From contig JAWLEO010000009.1 of NCBI GenBank assembly GCA_041686075.1, positions 30,488-94,487 of the forward strand: DNA of 64,000 nucleotides, given 5' to 3'. Origin of the DNA: Bacteroidales bacterium. Its GTDB lineage: Bacteria; Bacteroidota; Bacteroidia; Bacteroidales; VadinHA17. Made by a program: the position numbers and the translations under genes. The notes under the pieces were generated by a model. That model saw nothing but the letters and a program-made list of their open reading frames with translations, searched no databases and had not been told where the DNA came from. Positions 1 to 8,478 of the stretch are shown here, piece after piece (the stretch's first letter is position 1; every line of letters starts with the position of its first letter).

Positions 1-27
1 ATAAGCCTAACATAAACTAAACGAAAC

Positions 28-516
28 ATGAAAAAGTTGATTATCCTTCTTGCCATTACCTTAATAAGCATTACAGCCAGCTCGCAGGCATTGGAATTTA
101 ATCTCAGGGGCGGTGTTAATTTCCAGGGCTCCCATTCACCCGATAAAAAAGCATCCATACTGCCACACATGGGCCTGATGACAGGCATGCAAATATCAAA
201 TATAGGCATATATGCCGAGGTGCTCTTTTCAATACACGATGATCCCGAATGGGCTGAAAGAGCCAGCTATTTCGTGCCTTCAGTGCTGGCCCGCTACTTC
301 GTAATAAAAAATATCTACGTGGAAGGAGGGATAACATATTATATACTGGCTGAAGAACAGATCGAAGGCTCAGCCGTTGACTTCCCGGATAAAAAGGTGG
401 GATTTATGGCCGGGGGCGGCCTGTCCGCCGGACCCTTCGACCTCGGACTGCGGGGTAACCTTCCCGTAAAAAGCATACAGGCAACCGCCTCCTACCGCTT
501 CGGTAAAAGACGTTAA
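28..516 (+). CDS. small outer-membrane beta-barrel (porin-family) protein
   Basis: 162-aa ORF with signal peptide MKKLIILLAITLISITASSQA. The remainder has an amphipathic beta-strand pattern rich in G/Y/F. Confidence 0.55.
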   Translation: MKKLIILLAITLISITASSQALEFNLRGGVNFQGSHSPDKKASILPHMGLMTGMQISNIGIYAEVLFSIHDDPEWAERASYFVPSVLARYFVIKNIYVEGGITYYILAEEQIEGSAVDFPDKKVGFMAGGGLSAGPFDLGLRGNLPVKSIQATASYRFGKRR

Positions 517-549
517 ACGGGCACAGCTCCCCTAAAAAGGAAATAAAGG

Positions 550-1149
550 CTACAATTTATGGCGCGAGCTAAGGGTGGCGATGATGTCGCTGAAAGCATA
601 AGCCCTGGCCCTGAGCAAAACAAGCAGGTGGTATACAAGGTCGGCTGCCTCCTCGAGGAAAAGATCATCATTCCCATTGTAAGCCTCAAGGATAAGCTCC
701 ACAGCTTCCTCCCCAACCTTCTGGGCTATCTTCTTTGTACCCTCGTCAAATAAACGCGCAGTGTACGAAGTGCCGGGGTCAGCTCCCTCACGCGACGAAA
801 TGACAGACTCCAGGTAGGGGATGAAGTCCAGGCTGTCCTTGCGGTTCACCTCGCCCCAGCAGGTGTCGGCACCGGTATGGCAGACAGGCCCGTCAGGTAT
901 GGCCCTGGCAAGAAGGGTGTCGCCGTCACAGTCGGTCTTTATATCTACCAGCCTGAGGTAATTGCCCGATGTCTCTCCCTTGGTCCATATCTCCTGCCGT
1001 GAACGGCTGAAAAAAGTCAGCCTACCACCTTCCTTTGTCAGCCTGTAAGCCTCCTCGTTCATGTAGGCCAGCATGAGCACTTTTGACGTTGTGGCATCCT
1101 GCACTATGACAGGCACCAGGCCGTCGCCCTTGTCAAAATCAATATCCAT
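550..1149 (-). CDS. hisIE: bifunctional phosphoribosyl-AMP cyclohydrolase / phosphoribosyl-ATP pyrophosphatase
   Basis: The N-terminal half is HisI-like (GLVPVIVQD, CDGDTLL, CHTGADTCW). The C-terminal half is HisE-like (KIAQKVGEEAVE, EAADLVYHLLVLL). It is the last gene of the his operon. Confidence 0.9.
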   Translation of the reverse strand: MDIDFDKGDGLVPVIVQDATTSKVLMLAYMNEEAYRLTKEGGRLTFFSRSRQEIWTKGETSGNYLRLVDIKTDCDGDTLLARAIPDGPVCHTGADTCWGEVNRKDSLDFIPYLESVISSREGADPGTSYTARLFDEGTKKIAQKVGEEAVELILEAYNGNDDLFLEEAADLVYHLLVLLRARAYAFSDIIATLSSRHKL

Positions 1150-1206
1150 TGTATCTTATCCTTAATTAAGTAATTGATCAAATAAATTAAAGGGGCAAAA
1201 ATAATA

Positions 1207-2676
1207 TTATCTTCTCACTCTTATCCCATTCCGTGCCAGGTATTCCTTCACCTGGCCTATGCTTAGCTCTCCATAGTGGAAGAGTCCGGCAGCCAGCGCC
1301 GCATCTGCCCTGCCCCTGACAAAGGCATCCCTGAAATGAGACAGCTCACCGGCACCGCCGGAAGCTATCACCGGTACACCCACCATATCGCTTATACGCG
1401 CAAGCACATCATTGGCATAGCCATTACGTGTGCCGTCATGATCCATCGAGGTGAAGAGCACTTCGCCAGCCCCCCTGTCAACACCTTCCCTCACCCATTC
1501 AAAAAGGTCTATGCCCGCCGGCACCCTGCCGCCGTTAAGGTATACCTGCCAGCCCCCCTCTTCGCGGCGGGCATCAACAGCCAAAACAATGCACTGCCTC
1601 CCGAACTTATCCGCCATCTCATTAAGGATGGCCGGGTCACGCACCGCAGCTGAATTCACCGACACCTTGTCGGCACCGTTGGCCAGCATGGCATTGACAT
1701 CCTCGAGACAGGAAATGCCACCGCCCACGGTAAAGGGTATGTTAACCGCCTGCGCAACATTCCTCACCAGCCCGGCCAGCGTCTTTCTTTTTTCGTGCGT
1801 GGCAGTGATGTCCAGGAACACAAGCTCGTCGGCCCCCTCATCGGAATAGCGCCGGGCCAGATCAACGGGATCGCCGGCATCGCGCAAGCCCACGAACTTA
1901 ACTCCCTTGACCACCCTCCCATTCTTTACATCAAGGCATGGTATTATCCTCCGCGCCAGCGTCTCCAGGGGGTAGGGCTCAAGGGGTATCCGCGACTCGT
2001 AAAAAGCCTTGCCGCTGATAACACTCGCTATACCTGCCTCATGCAGTTCCCTGAGATCATCAAGGCTGCCCAGCCCCCCGCTGGCCGTAAGCTCAAGCCC
2101 CGGGAACCTCTCAAGGATGTCCCTGTACAGCCCCACAGACGGGCCCTCCAGGGTACCGTCGCTCATAATATCGGTGCATATAACCTTCCGCACCCCCCTG
2201 CCCACATAGTAATCGAGAAAATCAAAAAGGCCTGTCGATGATGTTTCCAGCCACCCGCCAACAGCTATATTACCGTCTTTCACATCCGCACCAAGGATAA
2301 TCTTTTCCGGTCCATATCTATCCAACCAGTCCAAAAAAACGCCTGGCTCCTTCACCGCCACAGATCCCACGTTAACCATTGCCGCCCCGGCCTTAAAAAC
2401 GCTTTCGATATCGGCACCGGTCTTCACTCCCCCTCCAAAATCAACAAGGAGGCGCGTCGACATACATATCTCCCGCAGCACATCCAGGTTCACAATACTC
2501 CCCTGCCTGGCGCCGTCAAGGTCCACAAGGTGAAGCCTCTTAAAGCCCGCAGCCTCAAATTGCCTGGCCACCTCCACAGGATCGCCCCCGTATTCGGTCA
2601 CACTGTCATAATCGCCCCGCGTAAGGCGCACGCACTTACCGTCAATTATGTCTATAGCAGGTATTATCTCTATCAT
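1207..2676 (-). CDS. hisA/hisF: fused HisA (ProFAR isomerase) - HisF (imidazole glycerol phosphate synthase cyclase subunit)
   Basis: Single 489-aa ORF. Residues 1 to about 240 are HisA-like ([15 protein letters not shown]). The ORF continues without a stop or Met into a HisF-like half ([20 protein letters not shown] ... [10 protein letters not shown]). Confidence 0.85.
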   Translation of the reverse strand: MIEIIPAIDIIDGKCVRLTRGDYDSVTEYGGDPVEVARQFEAAGFKRLHLVDLDGARQGSIVNLDVLREICMSTRLLVDFGGGVKTGADIESVFKAGAAMVNVGSVAVKEPGVFLDWLDRYGPEKIILGADVKDGNIAVGGWLETSSTGLFDFLDYYVGRGVRKVICTDIMSDGTLEGPSVGLYRDILERFPGLELTASGGLGSLDDLRELHEAGIASVISGKAFYESRIPLEPYPLETLARRIIPCLDVKNGRVVKGVKFVGLRDAGDPVDLARRYSDEGADELVFLDITATHEKRKTLAGLVRNVAQAVNIPFTVGGGISCLEDVNAMLANGADKVSVNSAAVRDPAILNEMADKFGRQCIVLAVDARREEGGWQVYLNGGRVPAGIDLFEWVREGVDRGAGEVLFTSMDHDGTRNGYANDVLARISDMVGVPVIASGGAGELSHFRDAFVRGRADAALAAGLFHYGELSIGQVKEYLARNGIRVRR

Positions 2677-3266
2677 AGCTTCAAAAAATTATTCAATATT
2701 TCAATCCCCGCCTCCCCTGATTTTTCCGGGTGAAACTGGCATCCAAAAAAGTTATCTCTTTCAATGGCAGCGGCGAAAATCCCATGGTAATAGCTGTTTG
2801 CCGCTGTATATTTATTGTGGGGAACATAATAGCTGTGCACGAAGTACATGTTGGTCCCCTCACCTATCCCTTCAAAGAGTCTGCCCCGGAGATTATCAAT
2901 TATATTCCATCCCATATGAGGCACCTTGATATTACCTTCAGCCCTACCCCTGAAATCTTGCACCCTGCCACCCAGAACGCCAAGGCATTGAGTGTCTCCC
3001 TCATCGCTTACCTCCATCATCAATTGCATCCCCAGGCATATGCCCAGCACAGGCTGCTCCAGCACGGGGATCAGCCTGTCAAGCCCCTTCTCCCGTATCC
3101 TCCTCATGGCACTGATGGCATTGCCCACGCCGGGAAAAATTATCTTATCGCTGCCCGAGATGACCTTCTCATCGGCAGTGAGCACCGGATCGTAAGCCAG
3201 CTTCCTGCAGGCATTGGCAACCGAGAAAAGGTTGCCGGCCCCGTAGTCGATGATTGATATTTTCAT
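2673..3266 (-). CDS. hisH: imidazole glycerol phosphate synthase, glutamine amidotransferase subunit
   Basis: 197 aa with [12 protein letters not shown], the nucleophile elbow GICLGMQL and FVHSY. Its stop overlaps the hisA/F start (ATGA). Confidence 0.9.
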   Translation of the reverse strand: MKISIIDYGAGNLFSVANACRKLAYDPVLTADEKVISGSDKIIFPGVGNAISAMRRIREKGLDRLIPVLEQPVLGICLGMQLMMEVSDEGDTQCLGVLGGRVQDFRGRAEGNIKVPHMGWNIIDNLRGRLFEGIGEGTNMYFVHSYYVPHNKYTAANSYYHGIFAAAIERDNFFGCQFHPEKSGEAGIEILNNFLKL

Positions 3267-3274
3267 TTATAGTC

Positions 3275-4924
3275 TCAGTATTTGGTGCTTTGTATTCTGT
3301 TATCTGTTATTTCCATTGCCTGCTTAAGTGAGCGTGCGAATCCTTTAAAGACTGCCTCAATAATATGATGGTCATCTTCGCCTTCCGCTTCAATATTAAG
3401 GGTGAAGCCGGCATTGTCAGCCAGCGAGCGGAAGAAATGCTTAAACAGACTGGCGGGGATGCCGCCTGTAACATCAGTATGTAGGTTAACATCCCACACC
3501 AGCATGTTCCTGCCACCGATGTCGATTGCAACCGTTGCCCTGCTCTCGTCCATGGGCATGACAAAACCGTAGCGGTTCATTCCCTTCCTGTCGCTTAAAG
3601 CCTCATTCAGTGCCTGCCCCAGGCTTATGGCAATGTCTTCCACGGTGTGATGTATGTCCACATCGATATCGCCCGAGGCCCTGATAAGAATGTCGGTCTT
3701 GCTGTGGAAAGCAAATAATTCCAGCATGTGGTCGAGGAAGCCCTTGCCTGTCTGTATATCTGCTATGCCCCTGCCACGCAGGTTGATATCAACAAGGATA
3801 TCTGTCTCCCTGGTACGCCTGCGCTTCACCGCCTGGGAACCTAGCTCTTCATCCGCCGCAGCCGGCACACCCCTGAAGAAATTATTTATCTCGTCAAGGA
3901 GGATCATATTCTCGTCTTCCCTTCCCACTGTTATCCTTAGGCACCCCTCACATAAGGGCATAGCCGAACGGTCGCGTACAACAATGCCCTTTGCCAGTAG
4001 GTAATTATACAGCCTGGTGGGCTCCTCTACCCTCACCAGGATAAAGTTTGCATCCGAGGGAAAGACTTTTTTCACTCCTTTTATTTTTCCCAGCACCGCT
4101 GCGAGCTTTTCCCTGTTCCTGGTGATCCTTTCCACCTGCGACCGGTACACCTCCTCCCTGTCCAGGGCATTGAGTGCCGCTGCCAGGGTGAGGCTGTTTA
4201 CATTATATGGCATCTTAATGGAGTTCAGCACCTTGACCAGGTCGGGGTGGCCGAAGCCGATGCCCAGCCGTGCCCCTGCCATGGCGCGTGCCTTGGAAAA
4301 GGTGCGCATGATAAAGATATTTTCAAATTGACTGATCTTGGGGAGAAAGCCTTCCGTCCCCGAAAAATCGACATAAGCTTCATCGATTACAACAAGCCCG
4401 TCAAAGCGATCAACAATCTTTTGCACTTCTGCCACGGGAGCCAGCTTACCGGTGGGGTTATTTGGCGAACAAATAAACACTATCCTGGTATTGTCATCCA
4501 CGGCCTTCATTATCTCTGCCGCACTGAAAAGAAAATCATTGCCGGGAAGGACTTCTTTCACCGTCACGCTATTTGTTTCTGCCACCACCCTGTACATGCC
4601 ATATGTGGGAGGGATGGTTATCACGTTGGACACGCCAGGTACGGTGGTGGCCCTCACCACCAGGTCGAGTATCTCATCGCTGCCGTTACCCACGATGATC
4701 CTGTCCTCCCCTATGCCGGTCATGCCGCTGATCCTTTGCTTCAATTCCGGTTGCAGCGGATCGGGGTACCTGTTGAGCCCTGTCACACCCCTGAATGAAG
4801 AAGCGTAGGGATTTTCATTTGCATCCATATAGATCCTGGCCCTCCCGGTAAATTCATCCCTCGCCGACGAATACGGCTTCATGGTCACCAGGTCGGGACG
4901 GATTATGCTTTTCATCTTGCTCAT
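3275..4924 (-). CDS. hisC/hisB: fused histidinol-phosphate aminotransferase (HisC) - imidazoleglycerol-phosphate dehydratase (HisB IGPD domain)
   Basis: 549-aa ORF. The N-terminal ~350 aa are class-II aminotransferase-like (YPDP, NPNNPTG, SFSKA). The C-terminal ~180 aa are IGPD-like (TGKGFLDHMLELFAFHS, DIHHTVEDIAISLG, DDHHIIEAVFKGFARSL). No HAD-type phosphatase domain is seen. Confidence 0.85.
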   Translation of the reverse strand: MSKMKSIIRPDLVTMKPYSSARDEFTGRARIYMDANENPYASSFRGVTGLNRYPDPLQPELKQRISGMTGIGEDRIIVGNGSDEILDLVVRATTVPGVSNVITIPPTYGMYRVVAETNSVTVKEVLPGNDFLFSAAEIMKAVDDNTRIVFICSPNNPTGKLAPVAEVQKIVDRFDGLVVIDEAYVDFSGTEGFLPKISQFENIFIMRTFSKARAMAGARLGIGFGHPDLVKVLNSIKMPYNVNSLTLAAALNALDREEVYRSQVERITRNREKLAAVLGKIKGVKKVFPSDANFILVRVEEPTRLYNYLLAKGIVVRDRSAMPLCEGCLRITVGREDENMILLDEINNFFRGVPAAADEELGSQAVKRRRTRETDILVDINLRGRGIADIQTGKGFLDHMLELFAFHSKTDILIRASGDIDVDIHHTVEDIAISLGQALNEALSDRKGMNRYGFVMPMDESRATVAIDIGGRNMLVWDVNLHTDVTGGIPASLFKHFFRSLADNAGFTLNIEAEGEDDHHIIEAVFKGFARSLKQAMEITDNRIQSTKY

Positions 4925-5001
4925 TGTTTCTTAGTGTTTGTAGTTTTTTTTTCAACTTTTCATCCTCGCTTCATACTTACCCCTTCCGCTCATGACCTCA
5001 T

Positions 5002-5097
5002 ATCTCGCATCTCACATTTCGCCTCTCGCCTCTCGCATCTCGCCTCTCGCATCTCGCCTCTAATTCCTTCCCCTGCTCCCTGCTCCCTGCCCCCTGC
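5002..5097. repeat. simple-repeat tract inside the hisD-hisC/B spacer: (CTCGCMT)n followed by (CCCTGCT)n
   Basis: Direct reading gives ctcgcatctcacatttcgcctctcgcctctcgcatctcgcctctcgcatctcgcctc, then cccctgctccctgctccctgccccctgc. The same units occur at five or more other loci in the window. Confidence 0.85.
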
Positions 5098-5131
5098 ATT
5101 TTTCCCTCCATTCATAATTCATAAATAATAA

Positions 5132-6412
5132 TTAATACTTCCTTTTTCTTATTCGTACAGCATTCACATGGGCATCCAGGTTTTCCGCTTCGGCCATCTT
5201 CTCAACATAGGGACCTATCACTGCCAGTCCTTTTTCAGACACTTTCTGAAAAGTTATCTTTTTCAGGAAGCTGTCGAGCGACACACCGCTCCATCCCCTG
5301 GCAAAACCATTGGTGGGAAGGGTATGGTTTGTCCCCGAAGCATAGTCCCCCACGCTCTCGGGGCTGTAGTTGCCCAGGAAGACCGAGCCCGCATTGACAA
5401 CCCTCTCTGCCATCCCCTCGGGATCTCTCACCGAGAGTATCAGGTGTTCAGGGGCATAATCATTCATCACCTCTATAAGCTCCGTCGTTCCCGGCACTAT
5501 GATGGCTGCCGACCCTTCAAGGGCCTTATCGATTATTTCCTTGCGACTGAGATTTTTCTTTTGTTGCTCCAGCTCCCGTGCAACCCGATCCGCAAGCTCC
5601 CTCTCTGTGGTCAGCAGCACAGCCTGGCTGTCCGGGCCGTGCTCGGCCTGTGATAGCATGTCAGCGGCAATGAATGCAGGTTCAGCTGTTTCATCAGCCA
5701 CCACCATAACCTCGGAGGGACCGGCAGGCAGATCTATGGCAATGCCTTCCCTTGCAGCAATCTGCTTGGCCGCTGTCACGTACTGGTTCCCCGGCCCGAA
5801 GATCTTATCGACCCTGGGGACGCTTTGAGTGCCGAAAGCCATTGCCCCCACCGCCTGTATCCCTCCTGCCTTGAATATCTTTGTCACACCCGTTACCGAG
5901 GCAGCATAGAGTATGACAGGGTTTATTTCGCCCTTGCTGTCGGGGGGAGTACACATAATTATCTCTTTGCATCCCGCCACACGTGCAGGCACGGCGAGCA
6001 TAAGGACGGAGGAGAAGAGCGGAGCCGTCCCGCCGGGTATATAAATACCCGCTTTCTCGAGGGGCACTCCTTTTTGCCAGCAGTACACTCCCGGCATGGT
6101 GCCTATCATCCTGGGCACTGTCTTCTGGCTTGCATGGAAGAGTTCAATATTTTCCACCGCCCTGTTAATGGCTTCCTTCAGGCCGTCGTCAATGCCTTCG
6201 ATTGCTCTGTCTATTTCTTCGGGGCCGACAAGTATATCGTCCAGCCGGGCGCCGTCATACTTGAGGGTGTACTTTGCCAGTGCACTGTCGCCATCCTTTT
6301 TTATAGCATCGAATATTTCATTCACCAGTGGCTCTATCTCAGAGAGATCCTGCACCGGGCGTTTAAGTATCTCTCGCGTTTCATTGATGTTTGTATATTC
6401 AAATATTCTCAT
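5132..6412 (-). CDS. hisD: histidinol dehydrogenase
   Basis: 426 aa, HisD-like throughout (SQAEHGPDSQ, GDYASGTNHTLPT). Confidence 0.9.
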   Translation of the reverse strand: MRIFEYTNINETREILKRPVQDLSEIEPLVNEIFDAIKKDGDSALAKYTLKYDGARLDDILVGPEEIDRAIEGIDDGLKEAINRAVENIELFHASQKTVPRMIGTMPGVYCWQKGVPLEKAGIYIPGGTAPLFSSVLMLAVPARVAGCKEIIMCTPPDSKGEINPVILYAASVTGVTKIFKAGGIQAVGAMAFGTQSVPRVDKIFGPGNQYVTAAKQIAAREGIAIDLPAGPSEVMVVADETAEPAFIAADMLSQAEHGPDSQAVLLTTERELADRVARELEQQKKNLSRKEIIDKALEGSAAIIVPGTTELIEVMNDYAPEHLILSVRDPEGMAERVVNAGSVFLGNYSPESVGDYASGTNHTLPTNGFARGWSGVSLDSFLKKITFQKVSEKGLAVIGPYVEKMAEAENLDAHVNAVRIRKRKY

Positions 6413-6438
6413 ATCCGTGGTTTTTAAACTTTTTATTA

Positions 6439-7299
6439 TCAGACTACCATCTTTTCAATAGGTATGACCAGTATGCCCTGGGCTCCCTTCTTCTTTAACT
6501 GACCTATAACCGCCCAGAAATCGGTTTCGCTGATCACCGAATGGACGGAGCTCCATCCCTCCATGGCCAGGGGCATGATTGTCGGGCTTTTCATCCCCGG
6601 AAGTATATTGCATATATCTTTTAGCTTATCATCAGGGGCATTCAGCAGGATGTACTTATTATTCCTGCTTGCCAGCACCGACCGTATCCTGAACAGTATC
6701 TCATCTGCTATGGCCTGCTTTTCATTATTCAGGCCGGGGCCCTTGACCAGGCAGGCCTCCGACCTGAGTATCACCTCCGCTTCTTTGAGCCCGTTTTTAA
6801 AGAGGGTGCTCCCCGAGCTTACCAGGTCACATATGCCATCGGCCAGGCCGATATTGGGTGCTATCTCCACCGATCCCGCTATCTCGTGGATCTCGGCATC
6901 GAGCTTGTTCTCGCGAAGAAATCTCCTGAGGGTGTTGGGATATGATGTGGCCAGTTTCTTACCCTTGAACCAGGTGGGGCCGTTATAGGCCTCATTCTTG
7001 GGTATTGCCAGGGAGAGGCGGCAACGGGAAAAGCCAAGTTTTTCGACGACCTCGCATTGTTTTTCTTTTTCAATGACAACATTCTCCCCCAGTATTGCAA
7101 TATCGGCCACCCCGTCTTCGAGGTATTGGGGTATATCCGAATTCCTGAGGAAGAGAACGTCGGCCGGAAAATCACGGGCAGGAGCTATCAGCTGGTCGAA
7201 ACCATTGTCAATCCTTATCCCGCACTCGCCGAGGAGGGACAGTGAGCCGTCATGCAGCCTGCCCGATTTTTGCACTGCGATTTTTAATCTTTGATACAT
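6439..7299 (-). CDS. hisG: ATP phosphoribosyltransferase, long form with C-terminal regulatory domain
   Basis: 286 aa, LKIAVQKSGRL start, DLVSSGSTL motif and a C-terminal HisG_C-like ~75 aa. It is the first gene of the his operon. Confidence 0.9.
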   Translation of the reverse strand: MYQRLKIAVQKSGRLHDGSLSLLGECGIRIDNGFDQLIAPARDFPADVLFLRNSDIPQYLEDGVADIAILGENVVIEKEKQCEVVEKLGFSRCRLSLAIPKNEAYNGPTWFKGKKLATSYPNTLRRFLRENKLDAEIHEIAGSVEIAPNIGLADGICDLVSSGSTLFKNGLKEAEVILRSEACLVKGPGLNNEKQAIADEILFRIRSVLASRNNKYILLNAPDDKLKDICNILPGMKSPTIMPLAMEGWSSVHSVISETDFWAVIGQLKKKGAQGILVIPIEKMVV

Positions 7300-7317
7300 A
7301 TTTGTTCGTTTTTAGGC

Positions 7318-7355
7318 ATAAAAAAACCCGCCTTTGCTAAATGCACCGGCGGGCC
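7318..7355 (-). terminator. intrinsic terminator (attenuator) between the his leader peptide and hisG
   Basis: The minus strand reads CCCGCC-GGUGCAUUUAGCAAA-GGCGGG followed by U7, ending about 20 nt before the hisG ATG. Confidence 0.7.
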
Positions 7356-7395
7356 GTGGTCTTTTTCCTATATTATTATAGCACTATATACACCA

Positions 7396-7455
7396 TCATC
7401 CGCTCGCCGGAAGGCAAGTAACATGATGATGATAATGTAATGCTGTGTTGTTCAT
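7396..7455 (-). CDS. hisL: candidate his operon leader peptide MNNTALHYHHHVTCLPASG
   Basis: Minus strand ATG AAC AAC ACA GCA TTA CAT TAT CAT CAT CAT GTT ACT TGC CTT CCG GCG AGC GGA TGA. Four His codons lie in a 5-codon run. It sits between a promoter-like box and the terminator. Confidence 0.65.
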   Translation of the reverse strand: MNNTALHYHHHVTCLPASG

Positions 7456-7472
7456 TGTTTTTTCTGTGGATA

Positions 7473-7505
7473 CAAATATATGTTATTATTTCTAATATAA
7501 ACAAA
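7473..7505 (-). promoter_or_regulatory. Bacteroidota-type promoter candidate (-33 TTTG / -7 TATATTTG) for the his leader and operon
   Basis: Minus strand TTTG (7505-7502), then 21 nt, then TATATTTG (7480-7473). The leader ATG lies 17 nt downstream behind an A-rich leader. Confidence 0.5.
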
Positions 7506-7534
7506 TGGATACTTAAAAAAGTTGAGAGTGAGCT

Positions 7535-7588
7535 GAGAATGAGTTTAGAATGCCTGCCTGCCGGCAGGCAGGAGTTTAGAATGAGTTT
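7535..7588. repeat. (GAATGAGTTTA)3 tandem repeat interrupted in phase by a perfect 20-bp palindrome
   Basis: gagaatgagtttagaatg [cctgcctgccggcaggcagg, 7553-7572] agtttagaatgagttt. Removing the palindrome restores an uninterrupted 11-bp-period array. Confidence 0.8.
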
Positions 7589-7600
7589 GTTAATAGTAGT

Positions 7601-7967
7601 TATTCACCGCCTCCAGCGGTGATTGTGTTACAAAACCCTGCTCCCTGCTCCCTGCCCCCTGCAAAACCCACGGAGTGAATAATAGCCGGGGTTTCACCCC
7701 CGGATAAATGTGGCACAATAACAATCCCACCCGCGGAGCGGGTTAATAATAATATCCCTGCTCCCTGCCCCCTGCCCCCTGCAAAACCCACGGAGTGGGT
7801 AATAGCCGGGGTTTCACCCCCGGATAAAAGCCACAAAAAAACCCCCCCCCCGCGCGCGCGGATATTTTTGTTTTTGCCCCTTATCCGCAGGTGGGACTGC
7901 GGATATTCCTATTCACCACCTCCGGCGGTGTTTGGTATTACAAAAAGCCCTCTCCCGCGCGCGCGGG
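7601..7967. repeat. cluster of REP-like hairpins upstream of the RAYT gene
   Basis: Contents: type-A hairpins ATTCACCRCCTCCRGCGGTG (7601-7621, 7911-7930); a type-B hairpin ATCCGCAGGTGGGACTGCGGAT (7883-7904); CCGGGGTTTCACCCCGG x2; ACCCRCGGAGYGGGT x2; CCGCGCGCGCGG x2. A 73-bp block is repeated with a 120-bp period (7636-7708 and 7756-7828). Confidence 0.85.
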
Positions 7968-8020
7968 ATAAATAATTTCTTATCTTTGGTGTAATCGCTG
8001 TATCAATTAAATATTTAATT

Positions 8021-8473
8021 ATGTCTACTTACACACAAATCCTTTATCAGGTTGTGTTCGGAAGTAAAAAATGTACACCGTTTCTTACAAAGACCAACCA
8101 GGATGAATTATTCAGGTACATGGCCGGGATACTTAAGAACAAGAAATGTTTTACCTACATCGTCGGGGGACATTCAAATCACATCCATCTTGTTTTCAGC
8201 CTGCATCGTACTATTGCACTCGCAGATCTTGTCCGGGATGTAAAGAAAGCATCGGAGGAAATGATGTTTAAAACGAAAGGTAAATTCGTCAGGTTCATAG
8301 GCTGGCAATCGGGCTATGGTGGGTTCACTTATTCGTACGGTTCGCGCGAACAGCTGATCAGGTATGTGGAAAACCAGGCGGAGCATCACAGGAGGATTAG
8401 CTTCAGGGAGGAATTAATTGGTTTCCTCAAAGATTTTGGTGTGGAATATAACGAAAAGTATCTTTTTGTATGA
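8021..8473 (+). CDS. REP-associated tyrosine transposase (RAYT; IS200/IS605 Y1 transposase-like)
   Basis: 150 aa with HUH motif HSNHIHLVFS and C-terminal YVENQAEHH (catalytic Tyr helix). It is flanked on both sides by REP-like hairpin arrays. No IS ends or tnpB were seen. Confidence 0.8.
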   Translation: MSTYTQILYQVVFGSKKCTPFLTKTNQDELFRYMAGILKNKKCFTYIVGGHSNHIHLVFSLHRTIALADLVRDVKKASEEMMFKTKGKFVRFIGWQSGYGGFTYSYGSREQLIRYVENQAEHHRRISFREELIGFLKDFGVEYNEKYLFV

Positions 8474-8478
8474 TTTCC

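Noticed and set aside
4934-5128. 64-aa plus-strand ORF in the hisD-hisC/B spacer
   Set aside because: It is a translation of the CTCGCMT/CCCTGCT simple repeats, antisense to the his operon.
7600-7836. 78-aa minus-strand ORF with an internally repeated peptide (SGGETPAI.HSVGFAGGR.QGAG)
   Set aside because: It arises from the 120-bp-period DNA duplication of hairpin and heptad blocks. The region is better explained as a REP-like repeat.
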